DNA of 64,000 nt from Promethearchaeia archaeon (GCA_029856125.1 JAHQWJ010000138.1:20521-84520), one strand, 5' to 3'. Shown: positions 40,397-51,128, counted from the first letter of the stretch. Notes: generated from the sequence alone by a model not told the origin. Numbers and translations are program-made.

Positions 40397-40621
40397 GAAA
40401 GATATAATTTAGGAATCTAATTCAACCCTCTTTATTAATTTTCTTTGTCTTCTTTAATTATTAACCTAACTAGGCTAGATTATCAAAAAAAATCGTCCGA
40501 TATCACCCACATAATATCTAATCTTACTTTGGATTAATAAAATTCCTAATTTTTATATATCTCTTAAGTATATTATTTAGTTAAGCAGAATTAATGATAT
40601 TTATGAAGATTTAAACTTAAC

Positions 40622-42619
40622 TTGAATTCCGACAAAAATCACGATGTTTTAGAAAAGCAGCTTAAAACATTAGGTCAAAAGATTAGGATTGACATTTTAA
40701 AGAAATTAAGTCTTACTAGTAATCCTTTACCCTATTCTATACTTCAAAAGGAAGTTTTAGGAACTAATCCAAATTCCGTTAATTTTTCATTTCACTTAAA
40801 GGCGTTGAAAAACAGCGACTTAATGTATATCACCGACGATGGATATGCTTTGAGTGCCTTAGGGGGTCAGATTCTAAAGAATATTGTCTCTATTGAAAAA
40901 ATTCTAAATGAAAAGAACAAAACAATAATGATTAGGACCTCTAAATATTCCAAAGAGCCATTTGATTCAAGTAAAATCGAAAATTATCTAATTAAGGAAG
41001 GTCAAGTAGATGGTCATTTAGCAAAACAGATTGCAAAAGAAGTTGAAGAACGCTTATCTAAAACGAACATAGTATATTTAACGGCTCCTTTAATGAGGGA
41101 ATATATAAACGGAATTCTATTGGAAAATGGTCAAGAAGAGATTAGACATAGGTTGACTCGATTAGGTACTCCTCCTTATGAAGTTTCTCGATATTTTGAT
41201 AACGACAGAATTAATCCTGAACAGCTTCTTTCTAAACTCGGATCAGAAGTTTCAGAGCAATTTCTATTGTTAAACTTGCTACCGAAGAATTTAGCAGACA
41301 TGTATTTGTCTGGAGAATTAGTTTTACTGAACTTAAATTACTGGAGTCTAAGACCATTGGGCTTCTATATAGACTCAAATTCAATCGTATCTTATCTTTC
41401 AGAACGAAAATTAGTGAATTTTAATAATTCAGACAAGCCAATTGAATTGATTAAACTATATTCTAATTTTTTTGATGTCCTGGGCAAGATAAAGCCTTTT
41501 TTCTCTGAAGATATTCTGCTAGGTAATTTTTCTGACTTTTTATTCAAGAGCATTAGTTCCAACGAGAATTCAGAAACTCTTATTAATTTCCTAAATTCAA
41601 AGATTATGAATCATTCAAATAGAATCTATGACCAAAAGTCTCATCTCTCTTTAGAACTCTCTTCTTCTGACATATTTAGAGATTCTGACGACTTGAATTC
41701 GAAAACACCCTCTATTTCTTACTTTTTGGGCAGATTATTTAACCAAATTGATCAAAATGATGGATTTAGTTGTCCTCAGATTGTATTTGATTACTCTTTA
41801 TTGCCTGATAATAAGTCTGGATATGAATTCTTAAGGGAAACCATAAATTCACGTCATTCTAACGATGTAATATTCTCTTTAAATAATGATCTAAGTTTAC
41901 TAAATTCTACTTTAATAAATGTGAATAAGAATAATACTAAAGAAGAACAAAAAAGTAGGGTTGTTTTAGATAAAATTTTAATAAATTTACATAATATTGC
42001 CGATAATTCTAAGCAGAACGATTCTTTATTTTTAGAAAATGTTCAAGAAAAGCTTAATTCAGTATTTGAAATTTTTGCTCATAAAAAAGATTTAATAAAT
42101 AGAAGGTTGTCTACTTCAAAAGAATGGAATAGAATTATATCTGATTTCATTAAACCAGAATCCCTTAGTTGGATAGATAACTCATTAAAATCAGTTAGTT
42201 TTTTCGGATTAAATGAAGCCATAAAGACTCATTGCGGTATTGAAATCGATAGGATAGAAAACAGCGAATCGTTTGCTTACAATCTCCTAATGTTTATGAA
42301 AGATATGATTAACGAAATTAACAAAGACCAAAACGAAAATTATATCCTTACTCAGCCCCATAATGACAGTTATCTTTCTAAACATTGGTGCAGTAATATG
42401 GGCGAAGTAGGTACTGGTCCTAACAAATATTGCATAGATATGGTACGAGGGAATTCAAAGTTATCACTAGAGAAAAGAGTTCAGATTTATAAAAATTTTG
42501 AAAGCATTATTGATGGAGGTAGTGTTTTTATATTTAATGTAAATAACAAACCCATAAAAGAATTAATGGCACAATTATCTTATTCAAAAGTAAACACATT
42601 TCAATTAAAAATAGAATAA
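40622..42619 (+). CDS. ArsR-type winged HTH + ATP-cone + degenerate class III ribonucleotide reductase (NrdD)-like domain
   Basis: RIDILKKL...FSFHLKALKNSDLM HTH; IRTSKYSKEPFDSSKIENYLIKE...YLTAPLMREYIN ATP-cone; RHRLTRLG, SVSFFGLNEAI, IDGGSVF; no terminal glycyl-radical motif. Confidence 0.7.
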   Translation: MNSDKNHDVLEKQLKTLGQKIRIDILKKLSLTSNPLPYSILQKEVLGTNPNSVNFSFHLKALKNSDLMYITDDGYALSALGGQILKNIVSIEKILNEKNKTIMIRTSKYSKEPFDSSKIENYLIKEGQVDGHLAKQIAKEVEERLSKTNIVYLTAPLMREYINGILLENGQEEIRHRLTRLGTPPYEVSRYFDNDRINPEQLLSKLGSEVSEQFLLLNLLPKNLADMYLSGELVLLNLNYWSLRPLGFYIDSNSIVSYLSERKLVNFNNSDKPIELIKLYSNFFDVLGKIKPFFSEDILLGNFSDFLFKSISSNENSETLINFLNSKIMNHSNRIYDQKSHLSLELSSSDIFRDSDDLNSKTPSISYFLGRLFNQIDQNDGFSCPQIVFDYSLLPDNKSGYEFLRETINSRHSNDVIFSLNNDLSLLNSTLINVNKNNTKEEQKSRVVLDKILINLHNIADNSKQNDSLFLENVQEKLNSVFEIFAHKKDLINRRLSTSKEWNRIISDFIKPESLSWIDNSLKSVSFFGLNEAIKTHCGIEIDRIENSESFAYNLLMFMKDMINEINKDQNENYILTQPHNDSYLSKHWCSNMGEVGTGPNKYCIDMVRGNSKLSLEKRVQIYKNFESIIDGGSVFIFNVNNKPIKELMAQLSYSKVNTFQLKIE

Positions 42620-42626
42620 CGAAAGA

Positions 42627-43550
42627 TTAATCAGATAATAACTCCGCTAAGATTGCCATCCTCATAGGTATTCCATAATATGCTTGTTTGAAATAAATTG
42701 ATTTAGGAGAACCATCGATTTCAGGTGAAATTTCTATAATCCTTGGTAGAGGATGCATAATTTTAAAATCGTCTTTTGTTTCCTCCAAGTCTTTTTTCCC
42801 GAATACATAGAAATCTTTTACTTTTTCATATTCTTCAACATCAGCAAACCTTTCTTTCTGAATTCTCGTGACATAGAGAACATCTAAAATACTTAATATT
42901 TCTCTATATTTTTCTATTTCTTTGTATTTGGTTTGTCGTTGTTGTAAGAAGTCCTTGTCTCTTTTACGCAGCATCAAGTCTCTAGGGCTAATAAAATAGA
43001 TATTTGCATCGTAATTTGAAAGCAATATCGACAAAGAATGTACCGTCCTTCCGTATTTAAGATCCCCCATTATCCCGATATTTAAACCGTCTAAACTATG
43101 ACCCTCTTCAGTAATTGTTAATAAATCTAATAACGCTTGAGTTGGGTGTTCGCCACTTCCAGAACCTGCATTTACAACAGGTATTTTTGAGAATTTTGCT
43201 GCCAACCTGGCTGCTCCCTCTAAATTGTGCCTCATTACGATGCCGTCGCTGTAGTTTTCTACAGTACGAATTGTGTCAGCAATACTTTCTCCTTTTTTTA
43301 TAGAAGAAACATCACCAGTATGAAAACCTATCACATTTCCACCTAAGCGATACATCGCGGATTCAAAACTTAAGCGGGTTCTAGTGGAGGGTTCAAAGAA
43401 TAGAGTAGCTAAAATCTTACCCTTTAAGATTTCTGTGCCCTTTTTGTTAAGTATCATACCCTTAGCTTTTTTTAAGATATAATCTATATCCTCTCGCGAA
43501 AAGTCCTTTGCGGATATGACACCCTCTCTAAATTTCTCTTTAAAAGACAT
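42627..43550 (-). CDS. pyrB: Aspartate carbamoyltransferase catalytic subunit
   Basis: FFEPSTRTRLSFE, HPTQALLD, GDLKYGRTVHSL, RIQKERF, MHPLPR; ATG 43550 preferred. Confidence 0.96.
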   Translation of the reverse strand: MSFKEKFREGVISAKDFSREDIDYILKKAKGMILNKKGTEILKGKILATLFFEPSTRTRLSFESAMYRLGGNVIGFHTGDVSSIKKGESIADTIRTVENYSDGIVMRHNLEGAARLAAKFSKIPVVNAGSGSGEHPTQALLDLLTITEEGHSLDGLNIGIMGDLKYGRTVHSLSILLSNYDANIYFISPRDLMLRKRDKDFLQQRQTKYKEIEKYREILSILDVLYVTRIQKERFADVEEYEKVKDFYVFGKKDLEETKDDFKIMHPLPRIIEISPEIDGSPKSIYFKQAYYGIPMRMAILAELLSD

Positions 43551-43707
43551 ATTTCTAAATAAAACTTTTAATAAAATTATGTTAATACCATTTAAATTAT
43601 TTTTTATTAAATTTTGCTTTTCCAATTAAGAATAAAGCAGAACTAATAAAATTTAAAATTTATAAATAACTTATTAAGTTAAATTCTAAATTGAAGTTGT
43701 GTGAAAA

Positions 43708-43989
43708 ATGAAATACCCTAAAACCATCAATAGATATTGTCCTTCCTGTAGATCTCATACTCAGCACAGTGTTTCGCTTTATAAAAAGGGAAAAGAGCGA
43801 TCACTCAATCACGGAAGAAGAAGATTAGAAAGAAAAAAAAGGGGTTACGGGTCTTTTCCTAAAGAAATTTTTCACAAGAACTCAAAGGTAAATAAACGGT
43901 CATTACCCATATTAGAATGCCCAAAGTGTAATAAAAAACATTATTCTAAATCATATAGAGTAAAAAAATTCGAACTTCAAGAAGTTTAA
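43708..43989 (+). CDS. rpl44e: 50S ribosomal protein L44e (eL42)
   Basis: PKTINRYCPSCRSHTQHSV, RGYGS, LECPKC. Confidence 0.95.
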   Translation: MKYPKTINRYCPSCRSHTQHSVSLYKKGKERSLNHGRRRLERKKRGYGSFPKEIFHKNSKVNKRSLPILECPKCNKKHYSKSYRVKKFELQEV

Positions 43990-44001
43990 AGGTGTCATAT
44001 T

Positions 44002-44208
44002 ATACCAAAAAAAAAAGCAAATAAGGAATTAATCCCTCAACCCCAAAGTAGGTTTTTAAGAGTTAAATGCTTAAATTGTGGAAACCAGCAAATAATTTTC
44101 GGTTGTTCCGCTACAGATGTAGAATGTTTAGTATGTGGAAAGACTCTGCTTCAATCTACTGGTGGTAAGGCGCGAATTTTAACTAAAATTTTAGAAGTCC
44201 TTTCTTAA
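44002..44208 (+). CDS. rps27e: 30S ribosomal protein S27e (missing from ORF track; no in-frame ATG/GTG/TTG, probable ATA start)
   Basis: (M)[67 protein letters not shown]; follows rpl44e. Confidence 0.93.
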   Translation: MPKKKANKELIPQPQSRFLRVKCLNCGNQQIIFGCSATDVECLVCGKTLLQSTGGKARILTKILEVLS

Positions 44209-44243
44209 AAAATAGCTACGCGCTAAATTTTTAATGATTTCAG

Positions 44244-44267
44244 ATCGTGAAACCACTCTTTCACGAT
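44244..44267. terminator. 9-bp perfect inverted repeat between convergent genes (ATCGTGAAA-CCACTC-TTTCACGAT)
   Basis: Repeat read directly; terminator or stabiliser role is inference. Confidence 0.45.
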
Positions 44268-44365
44268 TATACATATATAGCAAGATATTTTTAGCATATT
44301 ATATCATAAATAATCAAATTAGTTATCCTTGATTCTGGGATTATCTAGATAAAATAGTATAATCT

Positions 44366-45577
44366 TTAGAATGTTATGGGATATGTTCCATAATTATGAA
44401 CAGCTTCATTATAGGCTATAAAATTTTCTAATTTACACCATTTTGTTACAGAATGAGATGACGAAAAAATATGACCTCCATCTTTAGATACATTTTTTAA
44501 TAAATACCTCACGTATTCTGTAACCTCTTCTGGAGTTCCATGAGATAACAAGGGAATAGGTACATTTCCAATGAAAATAATGTCTTTTCCAAATTTTTCC
44601 TTTAATTCAACTATATCGTTCCCAGATGCTTTTTCTATTGGATGAAGAGCATCTAATCCCATATCTACAAAATCAGGTAGTAACTCTGAAACATATCCAC
44701 AAGAATGCATAATTACTTTACCTCCAAGACTGTGTACTTTGTTACAGAATTTTTTAATGCTTGGTTTAAAAAATTCCCTAAACATTTGAGGTGATATTAT
44801 ACTAGTTCCCTTAATACCGAGATCATTAGACATGTAGATATATTTTCCTCCCTTTTCAATAACTTTTTCTACTAAAGCAATACTATAATCACTCATTTGC
44901 GTAACTATATCTTTAACGAAGCTTTTATCCTTTACCAACAGTTTAAACATAGTTTCAAACCCAAACATACCGCATAACTCTTCAAAAAATCCACTTCCGA
45001 ATAAGAAGAAAGTTGGAACAAGATCAATCTTCTTACAAGTATTTAGTGTTCTTTTAACCAAAATACTGTTTCCAGGGTGATCAACATCAAATTCTATATA
45101 TTTTTCCCAATCATCGGGTGATTGTATAAAACCATGTCTTGTGTGAGCGCCATCAGGACTAGTTCGCCAAACAAGTCTCCCGTCTGGACCTCTTACAACT
45201 TTGTTATCCTCTTCAGTATGGAAATCCTCAAAGATTTTATTTTTGAAAATCATTGGAACGCCAGGAAAGGTTAGGAACATGTCATAATTAAACTCCACAT
45301 GAATTCGAGCAGTTTTTTTGGGAGATCCACCAAGTATGGTCTCAAGAGTACGGGGATTTGTTACAATTTGTTCCATTTGCGATATTAATGATGGTTTTTC
45401 ATGAAACATTTCAATTAATTGTGGAGGAAAAAATAAAATACCGGAGCCTACCTCTTGACCATCTACAAGCGGATTTAATTCCGGAATTTCTATTGAAATT
45501 TCAAATATAGGTACCCTATCAGGGATTTCCGCGTTAAAAACCGATTCAATACGTTTAAAAGAATTCCATACAGCCAT
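44366..45577 (-). CDS. Uroporphyrinogen decarboxylase / MtaA-CmuA family protein
   Basis: PDRVPIFE, NDLG..IISPQMFREFFKP, IMHSCG, LHPIE, GGHIFSSSHSV. Confidence 0.85.
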   Translation of the reverse strand: MAVWNSFKRIESVFNAEIPDRVPIFEISIEIPELNPLVDGQEVGSGILFFPPQLIEMFHEKPSLISQMEQIVTNPRTLETILGGSPKKTARIHVEFNYDMFLTFPGVPMIFKNKIFEDFHTEEDNKVVRGPDGRLVWRTSPDGAHTRHGFIQSPDDWEKYIEFDVDHPGNSILVKRTLNTCKKIDLVPTFFLFGSGFFEELCGMFGFETMFKLLVKDKSFVKDIVTQMSDYSIALVEKVIEKGGKYIYMSNDLGIKGTSIISPQMFREFFKPSIKKFCNKVHSLGGKVIMHSCGYVSELLPDFVDMGLDALHPIEKASGNDIVELKEKFGKDIIFIGNVPIPLLSHGTPEEVTEYVRYLLKNVSKDGGHIFSSSHSVTKWCKLENFIAYNEAVHNYGTYPITF

Positions 45578-45758
45578 GGTATCTTCTTTAATTACTCCTA
45601 GATTGATAGTTTAAATTAATTAATTTGATTATTCAAACATAAAATAAATTATTCTTTTTTCTTTTTATGGTTTTTAGTCCAATTTCTTAAAGATCTATTA
45701 AAGATTAATTTCATTCATTAATATTAATAAAAAGTAATTTGTAAATAAAAATGTATTT

Positions 45759-46097
45759 TTAATATTCTCTCCAGGTGAATTTACACTCAACACACCTAAA
45801 AAAAGAAGTACTTGGTTCGTCCGCACTTCGAGTTTGTTCTTGCCAAGCCTCAGCTTCTTTGCTGGTGCATTTAGGACAATATTTTTTTACGATCGGGTGA
45901 ACGGATATTTTATCTGCTTGAGAGACTATAATAAGATTCTTATTTAAAGCCTCTTCTTTCAATTTAGCATTATTTTTTATGTCTTCTGCATTTGTGGATA
46001 AATCCTTTTGAAAGCCGCACCTACAAACTAATGTTTTGTTTTCGCCAATAACTTGCCTTCGTAAGAGATTTGAGCATTCTGGGCAAAATTCAACCAT
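45759..46097 (-). CDS. tfs: Transcription factor S (TFS/RpoM)
   Basis: FCPECSNLL, CPKC, QTRSADEP.TSFFRCVECKFTWREY. Confidence 0.95.
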   Translation of the reverse strand: MVEFCPECSNLLRRQVIGENKTLVCRCGFQKDLSTNAEDIKNNAKLKEEALNKNLIIVSQADKISVHPIVKKYCPKCTSKEAEAWQEQTRSADEPSTSFFRCVECKFTWREY

Positions 46098-46278
46098 TTT
46101 TAAAACTTTAGAATATAGTATTTTTCCTTAACAGTAAAAAATAAGCGTGTCTAATAAATTTTTTCGTTATATTTAATATAGTTTTCATTATTTCAAGAAA
46201 CCGCATAATCTACTAAATCAGATTAAGTTAAGAGAGCAAGTTTATAATAAAATTAGGATAATGAGCTTGTTTTTGCCT

Positions 46279-46602
46279 CTAAATTAACTTTAACTCTTTT
46301 TTAATCTCGTACAATTTCAAGTAATAATCAAAGTTCAGATTCTTTTTATCCTGTATAATTTCTGCTTCTATTTCCTTCTCACCTTCCATACTGATGTTTA
46401 ATTCACCAATAACATTAATTAAATCTTCTTTTTGAAAGGTAAAATCAACTTTTTTAATGTCAACACTTATATTAGTAGACTTATCTTTGAGAATTATATG
46501 GTCATTATCAACGATATCCTTGATAAAACCTATAATTTGAACTCGACTGTCGGAACTTTTTATATCCTGAATAATTCTTTGGGTTGCGTGTTCGCGAGAC
46601 AT
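46279..46602 (-). CDS. Small OB-fold protein, RPA14/RPA3-like
   Basis: RIIQDI..DSRVQIIGFI...ILKDKS...DLINVIG...IEAEIIQ..LNFDYY; next to the PCNA cluster. Confidence 0.65.
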   Translation of the reverse strand: MSREHATQRIIQDIKSSDSRVQIIGFIKDIVDNDHIILKDKSTNISVDIKKVDFTFQKEDLINVIGELNISMEGEKEIEAEIIQDKKNLNFDYYLKLYEIKKELKLI

Positions 46603-46772
46603 AATAATAATTTTTTTTTATTTATATAGTTTAAAAAATTTAAGATGACTATAAATATTTAATTCAAAAATTACAAATAGGTATTATTAAACCTCTAATA
46701 CTGAATTTTATAAATATTGCTAATAAAACAATATTAATATAAATTAGTAATCAATTAAAGTGCTGATAAATA

Positions 46773-47573
46773 ATGAGCTTTACACTTAAGCTGGATAATA
46801 GTAGGATATTAAAGGGTATAGTCGAAACTCTTTCAAGCATCATCGATGAGACAGAATTCAAAGTATCTCCTAAAGAATTTGTCATTACTGCAATGGACCC
46901 AAGTCGAATTTGCTTATTAAAATTGTCGATTAAAAAAGAGAATTTTGACGACTACAAGTGTAGTAAAGAATCAAAAATCGGTTTAAACTTGGACGATTTG
47001 GACAAAATACTTAGAAGAAGCGCCACGAACGACAATATTGAAATTGACTTTAAAGAATCGGAACAAAAAATCAAAATCACTATGCAAAGAGAAGGAAACA
47101 CTCGTAAACGGACGTTTAGTTTAGCTTTGATCGATCTGGAAAGAGAAGAAATTCCAATGGATAATCTGTTAAAAATTGAATATCCTTCAAATTGGGTGAT
47201 CGATACCGACTTTCTAGTAGAGGCTATAAAGGACGCAGAAATATATTCTGAAATCCTGAACATGAAGGCGGCTGCTAACGAAGGATTAGTCTTTAGTTCT
47301 ACGGGACAAATTGGTGAGATGGAATACGACTTAAGCATCGATGATCTAATTGAGAGCGATATTAAGGAAACATGTACAGGTGCTTATAGTCTGACGTTTC
47401 TAAAGGCTATATTAAAAATCGCTTCAATCACCGAAAAGTTAGAAATTTCACTAAAGACGGATCACCCTCTTAAAATGATATTTAACTTACTAGAGGGCGG
47501 CGAATTAAACTACTTTTTAGCTCCTCGGGTTGAAGAAGCTGAATTTGACGACGAAGATATGGACGAATTCTAA
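46773..47573 (+). CDS. pcn: DNA sliding clamp PCNA
   Basis: AMDPSRICL, IGLNLDDLDKIL, YSLTFLKAI, PLKM, YFLAPRVE. Confidence 0.96.
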   Translation: MSFTLKLDNSRILKGIVETLSSIIDETEFKVSPKEFVITAMDPSRICLLKLSIKKENFDDYKCSKESKIGLNLDDLDKILRRSATNDNIEIDFKESEQKIKITMQREGNTRKRTFSLALIDLEREEIPMDNLLKIEYPSNWVIDTDFLVEAIKDAEIYSEILNMKAAANEGLVFSSTGQIGEMEYDLSIDDLIESDIKETCTGAYSLTFLKAILKIASITEKLEISLKTDHPLKMIFNLLEGGELNYFLAPRVEEAEFDDEDMDEF

Positions 47574-47698
47574 GAATTTTCCACCAACTTTTTTAAAAAC
47601 AAGTATAAACCAATTAACTCTTTGCGGTTAAATCCGAACAATTCTTGTTTCAATTATATGAACTTATTTTAAATCTAAAATGTAGGGTAAGAGAAGCT

Positions 47699-48913
47699 TT
47701 GAGCATACCAACTGATTTAGTAAACCGTTATCCATGGCTTCCTTCTTTGAAAGTTCAGTATTCTGAGATTGCTGATAAACAACCTTCTGAATTTATTACT
47801 GATATTTTTTCTAGGAGCAATACTAAGCAAATTTCTGAGCGTGTTCGTCTAATTTTTGAATCTGCTTTCAATAATTTGGAAGACATTCCTAATCCAAAGG
47901 GTGAAAATTTATCTATTCAAGTATATCTTTTGCTCAAAATTTTAACTTACGCCCTAAATAATAAGATGATAACGAATAGAATCGCTAATTTGTATTCTAA
48001 GGATGCATATAGCAAGATGGAAAGAGATAACAGTGAATCAGATCTTTACAATATATGTTTAGATTTGGATTTGGAAGTAAAATTTTATGATCCCCCCATT
48101 AAATATGGGAATAAAATGATAAAAGATCATCGTGAAAAACTAGAAACTAACTTTACTATTTACTATATTGATTATCTTAAGCTTGCCTCAAATTTAAGAG
48201 ATGATTACAGAAAACTAGTACACAATTCATTACAAAATGGTTTTGTTTACATTCAAAATAGAAATTTAATGCGGTTGATTCAAGAGTATGTTAGAAATAA
48301 AATCCTAACTGAAGAAACGGAAGATAAAGCCTCTTTAAAGTCATTCCTTGATAAAGCATTTAAAATTCAAGAATTTAAAGAATTATACGATCATATTTTA
48401 AGTATTTGGGCAAAAAAAGAAGATGATTTTGATTTTACTTTTAAATTCGATATTACTAGTAAAACAGATATTTTGAAGCTTTTTCCCCCCTGTGTGCTTG
48501 AAATTTTAAAAAAGGCTAAAGAAGGACAAAATTTAGTGCATCATGAACGACTCTTCATAGTTTGGTTTTTGCTCGCCTTGGATTATCCAGTTGAAAAGGT
48601 TGTAGATGTTTTTGCTACTTTACCAGATTTTGATCGAGATAAAACTAATTATCAAGTAGAATACGCCAAAAAAAAAAAATATGTTCCTTATCAGTGTTCT
48701 ACTCTACAATCAATTAATCTTTGCATGAAAGAAAAATATAAAGATGAACTGTGTCAAGATGGGTATGGTTCAAAAGAATTAACTGAAAGAAAAAAATTAA
48801 AACATCCATTATCTTACATTAGGATAAAACAATACAGAGATGAGAAACTAGAAGAGTACCTAAAAAACAAGGCAAAAAGAGAACGGGAGGATTCACAGAA
48901 GCAAAATGAATGA
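47699..48913 (+). CDS. priL: DNA primase large subunit
   Basis: RYPWLP, FPPCV..G.NL.HHER, LPDFDRDKTNYQV, PYQC..LC, HPLSY; TTG 47699 preferred. Confidence 0.92.
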   Translation: MSIPTDLVNRYPWLPSLKVQYSEIADKQPSEFITDIFSRSNTKQISERVRLIFESAFNNLEDIPNPKGENLSIQVYLLLKILTYALNNKMITNRIANLYSKDAYSKMERDNSESDLYNICLDLDLEVKFYDPPIKYGNKMIKDHREKLETNFTIYYIDYLKLASNLRDDYRKLVHNSLQNGFVYIQNRNLMRLIQEYVRNKILTEETEDKASLKSFLDKAFKIQEFKELYDHILSIWAKKEDDFDFTFKFDITSKTDILKLFPPCVLEILKKAKEGQNLVHHERLFIVWFLLALDYPVEKVVDVFATLPDFDRDKTNYQVEYAKKKKYVPYQCSTLQSINLCMKEKYKDELCQDGYGSKELTERKKLKHPLSYIRIKQYRDEKLEEYLKNKAKREREDSQKQNE

Positions 48914-50189
48914 ATACACGTATCTAAAAAGGTTATTCCAAGCATATTATCAAGAAAAACAATTTGAATTCCCGAAAGTAAGCTCGTTCAACTTACGAGA
49001 ATTTGGCTTAATCCCCTGGGAAAAAAAAGTTTATATGAAGAGGCATATGAGTTTTGATGACCCAAGTGTTTTAAGAAGTTACTTGATAACTGATGCTCCG
49101 AGACATTTGTATTCCAGTGGTTCTCTTTATCTAAAACCTGATGCACCAGACATGAATAAAAAAGAATACCAAGGGTGTGATTTTATTATTGATATTGATG
49201 TTGATCACTTCTATACTCCATGTAAAGAAGAGCACGATCTGTGGATTTGCAAAGAATGTGGAAATGAGGGGGCAGGTATGCCCCAAACCTGCCCAAACTG
49301 TAAGGGATCAAAGTTTACTACAGTCAGCTGGGTATGCGATCAATGTTTAGATGTTGCGAAAAATGAGATCAATAAGTTAGTATTTAATTTTCTTATCCCC
49401 GATTTTGGAATTGACGAAAAACATTTGAAAATTGCTTTTTCAGGACACAGGGGATATCACCTGAAAATTGAAAGTGAAGACCTTAGAAAGCTCAACAGTG
49501 AGGAAAGAAGAGAAATTGTAGATTATGTTAGTGGAAAAAATGTAAATTTTGAAATTTTAGGATTAAATGAAAGATTTAATGGAATCTATGGATTGCTGGA
49601 GGAAAACATTGGGTGGTCTCAAAAAATAATGAAAAAAATTATCGAAGTATTAAATAAACCGAGACATGAAATCGAAACTTTACTTCTAGACAAAAATCAC
49701 TTTGACTTTAATATTAGTGTAGTTACAAGTTTTTTAAAATATAAGAATGATTTCTTAGAGGTAATCACTAAAGGAGAAAGAAATGTTTGGTCTATTGAAG
49801 GCTTCGGTTTAATTAATTGGAAAAAACTTCTAAGAGGAATTGTTGCATTAATAGGAATTGAATTAGATGAACCCGTGTCTATAGATATACATAGACTCAT
49901 ACGATACCCTGGATCATTACATGGAAAAACGGGATTTAAAGTTCAAGAACTTGAATTAAATGAACTTGACGACTTTAACCCTTTAGATGAACCTAACGAG
50001 AAGTTAGATCCGATAGTGTTTAAAAGTAAGAAAAATTTGATCTATAAATTAGAAATAGTGGAAAATAAATTACCAATCACTACAATCAAGGGCGAATCGT
50101 TTGGCCCCTATATCAAAGGTGAAAAGATAGACGTTCCGCACCACTTTGCAGTTTTTTTATTGTGTAAAGAAGTTGCTAAAACGATTTAG
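48906..50189 (+). CDS. priS: DNA primase small subunit with Zn-ribbon insertion and GINS-B-like C-terminal domain
   Basis: REFG, DFIIDIDVDH, FSGHRGYH, DEPVSIDIHRLIRYPGSLHGKTG. Confidence 0.95.
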   Translation: MNEYTYLKRLFQAYYQEKQFEFPKVSSFNLREFGLIPWEKKVYMKRHMSFDDPSVLRSYLITDAPRHLYSSGSLYLKPDAPDMNKKEYQGCDFIIDIDVDHFYTPCKEEHDLWICKECGNEGAGMPQTCPNCKGSKFTTVSWVCDQCLDVAKNEINKLVFNFLIPDFGIDEKHLKIAFSGHRGYHLKIESEDLRKLNSEERREIVDYVSGKNVNFEILGLNERFNGIYGLLEENIGWSQKIMKKIIEVLNKPRHEIETLLLDKNHFDFNISVVTSFLKYKNDFLEVITKGERNVWSIEGFGLINWKKLLRGIVALIGIELDEPVSIDIHRLIRYPGSLHGKTGFKVQELELNELDDFNPLDEPNEKLDPIVFKSKKNLIYKLEIVENKLPITTIKGESFGPYIKGEKIDVPHHFAVFLLCKEVAKTI

Positions 50190-50250
50190 GATAAAATAAT
50201 ATTTGGTCCTATCCTTCATTATTATAACATATTTCAATTGTCTGAGACTT

Positions 50251-50940
50251 ATGGATTTAAAAAAAGATTACGATAAACTTTATCAACATTGGCTTAAAGA
50301 ATTTGAGCAACCCGAGTTGACTCATCTAACCCAAGAAATATTTGACAATTACAAAAAAAGTTCAAGTTATATCACTCAATATCAGATAGAGGAAAAACCC
50401 AAAGTCGAAAACTCATTATTTAACTCATACAAGAAACGTTTCATTTATTTATTTAACGATTTCTTAAAAATCCGGGAAGTAAAAATACTTAATTCAGCAT
50501 TATCTCTTAAAGATATTGATCTAAACGATGTAATTGAGGCAGAGAGATTATTCTTTCAAAATTTAGTAAGCACGATTAAAGGATATAAAAAACTTAAAAA
50601 GCTTGCTCTCTACGATGATAAAAAACCAATTGAGCTAGAAGAGATTTTATTGGACGAAGAAAAACCGGATAAAATTCCCCTTACAGAGGAATCCACCGAG
50701 GAATATTCAATTGAAACAAGTGATAACGCTCAACTTAAAAAAGTGGAAGAGGATCAACCTAACCAAAAGGCTGAATACAATTATATGCTTATTCGATTTA
50801 ACGAGCCTTCTCCACCTTTAGTAGGGATTGATCTTATTAATTATGGGCCCTTTCAAGTAAATGATATCACTAATATGCCCTATAAGAATGCGAAAATCCT
50901 AATTTACGAAAAAATAGCAGAAAAGATTGAGCTATCTTAA
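50251..50940 (+). CDS. GINS15 (Psf1/Sld5-like) subunit
   Basis: Helical A domain then B domain IRF..PLVGIDLINYGPFQVNDITNMPYKNAKILI; follows priS. Confidence 0.85.
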   Translation: MDLKKDYDKLYQHWLKEFEQPELTHLTQEIFDNYKKSSSYITQYQIEEKPKVENSLFNSYKKRFIYLFNDFLKIREVKILNSALSLKDIDLNDVIEAERLFFQNLVSTIKGYKKLKKLALYDDKKPIELEEILLDEEKPDKIPLTEESTEEYSIETSDNAQLKKVEEDQPNQKAEYNYMLIRFNEPSPPLVGIDLINYGPFQVNDITNMPYKNAKILIYEKIAEKIELS

Positions 50941-51128
50941 TTATCTTTAAACTTTTTTTTAAACTCCTCTTTAAAGTAGACCATTCGATATTTTGAATAT
51001 TTATCAATAGGAGAGTATTTTGGAGGAAATGGGTTAATTAAAGTACCTCCGCAGTGTTTACACACAGATTTTTCATTAATCAATCCATATTCTCCACATT
51101 TACTACATTTTTGAAGGTATTTCGTCAT
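50937..51128 (-). CDS. nop10: H/ACA RNP protein Nop10
   Basis: KCSKCGEY..CKHCGG..PPKYSPIDKYSKYR; follows aIF2alpha. Confidence 0.93.
   Translation of the reverse strand: MTKYLQKCSKCGEYGLINEKSVCKHCGGTLINPFPPKYSPIDKYSKYRMVYFKEEFKKKFKDN

Noticed and set aside
44222-44296. SECIS-like element (AUGA...GA around a hairpin)
   Set aside because: Arms are asymmetric, and neither flanking gene has an in-frame TGA.
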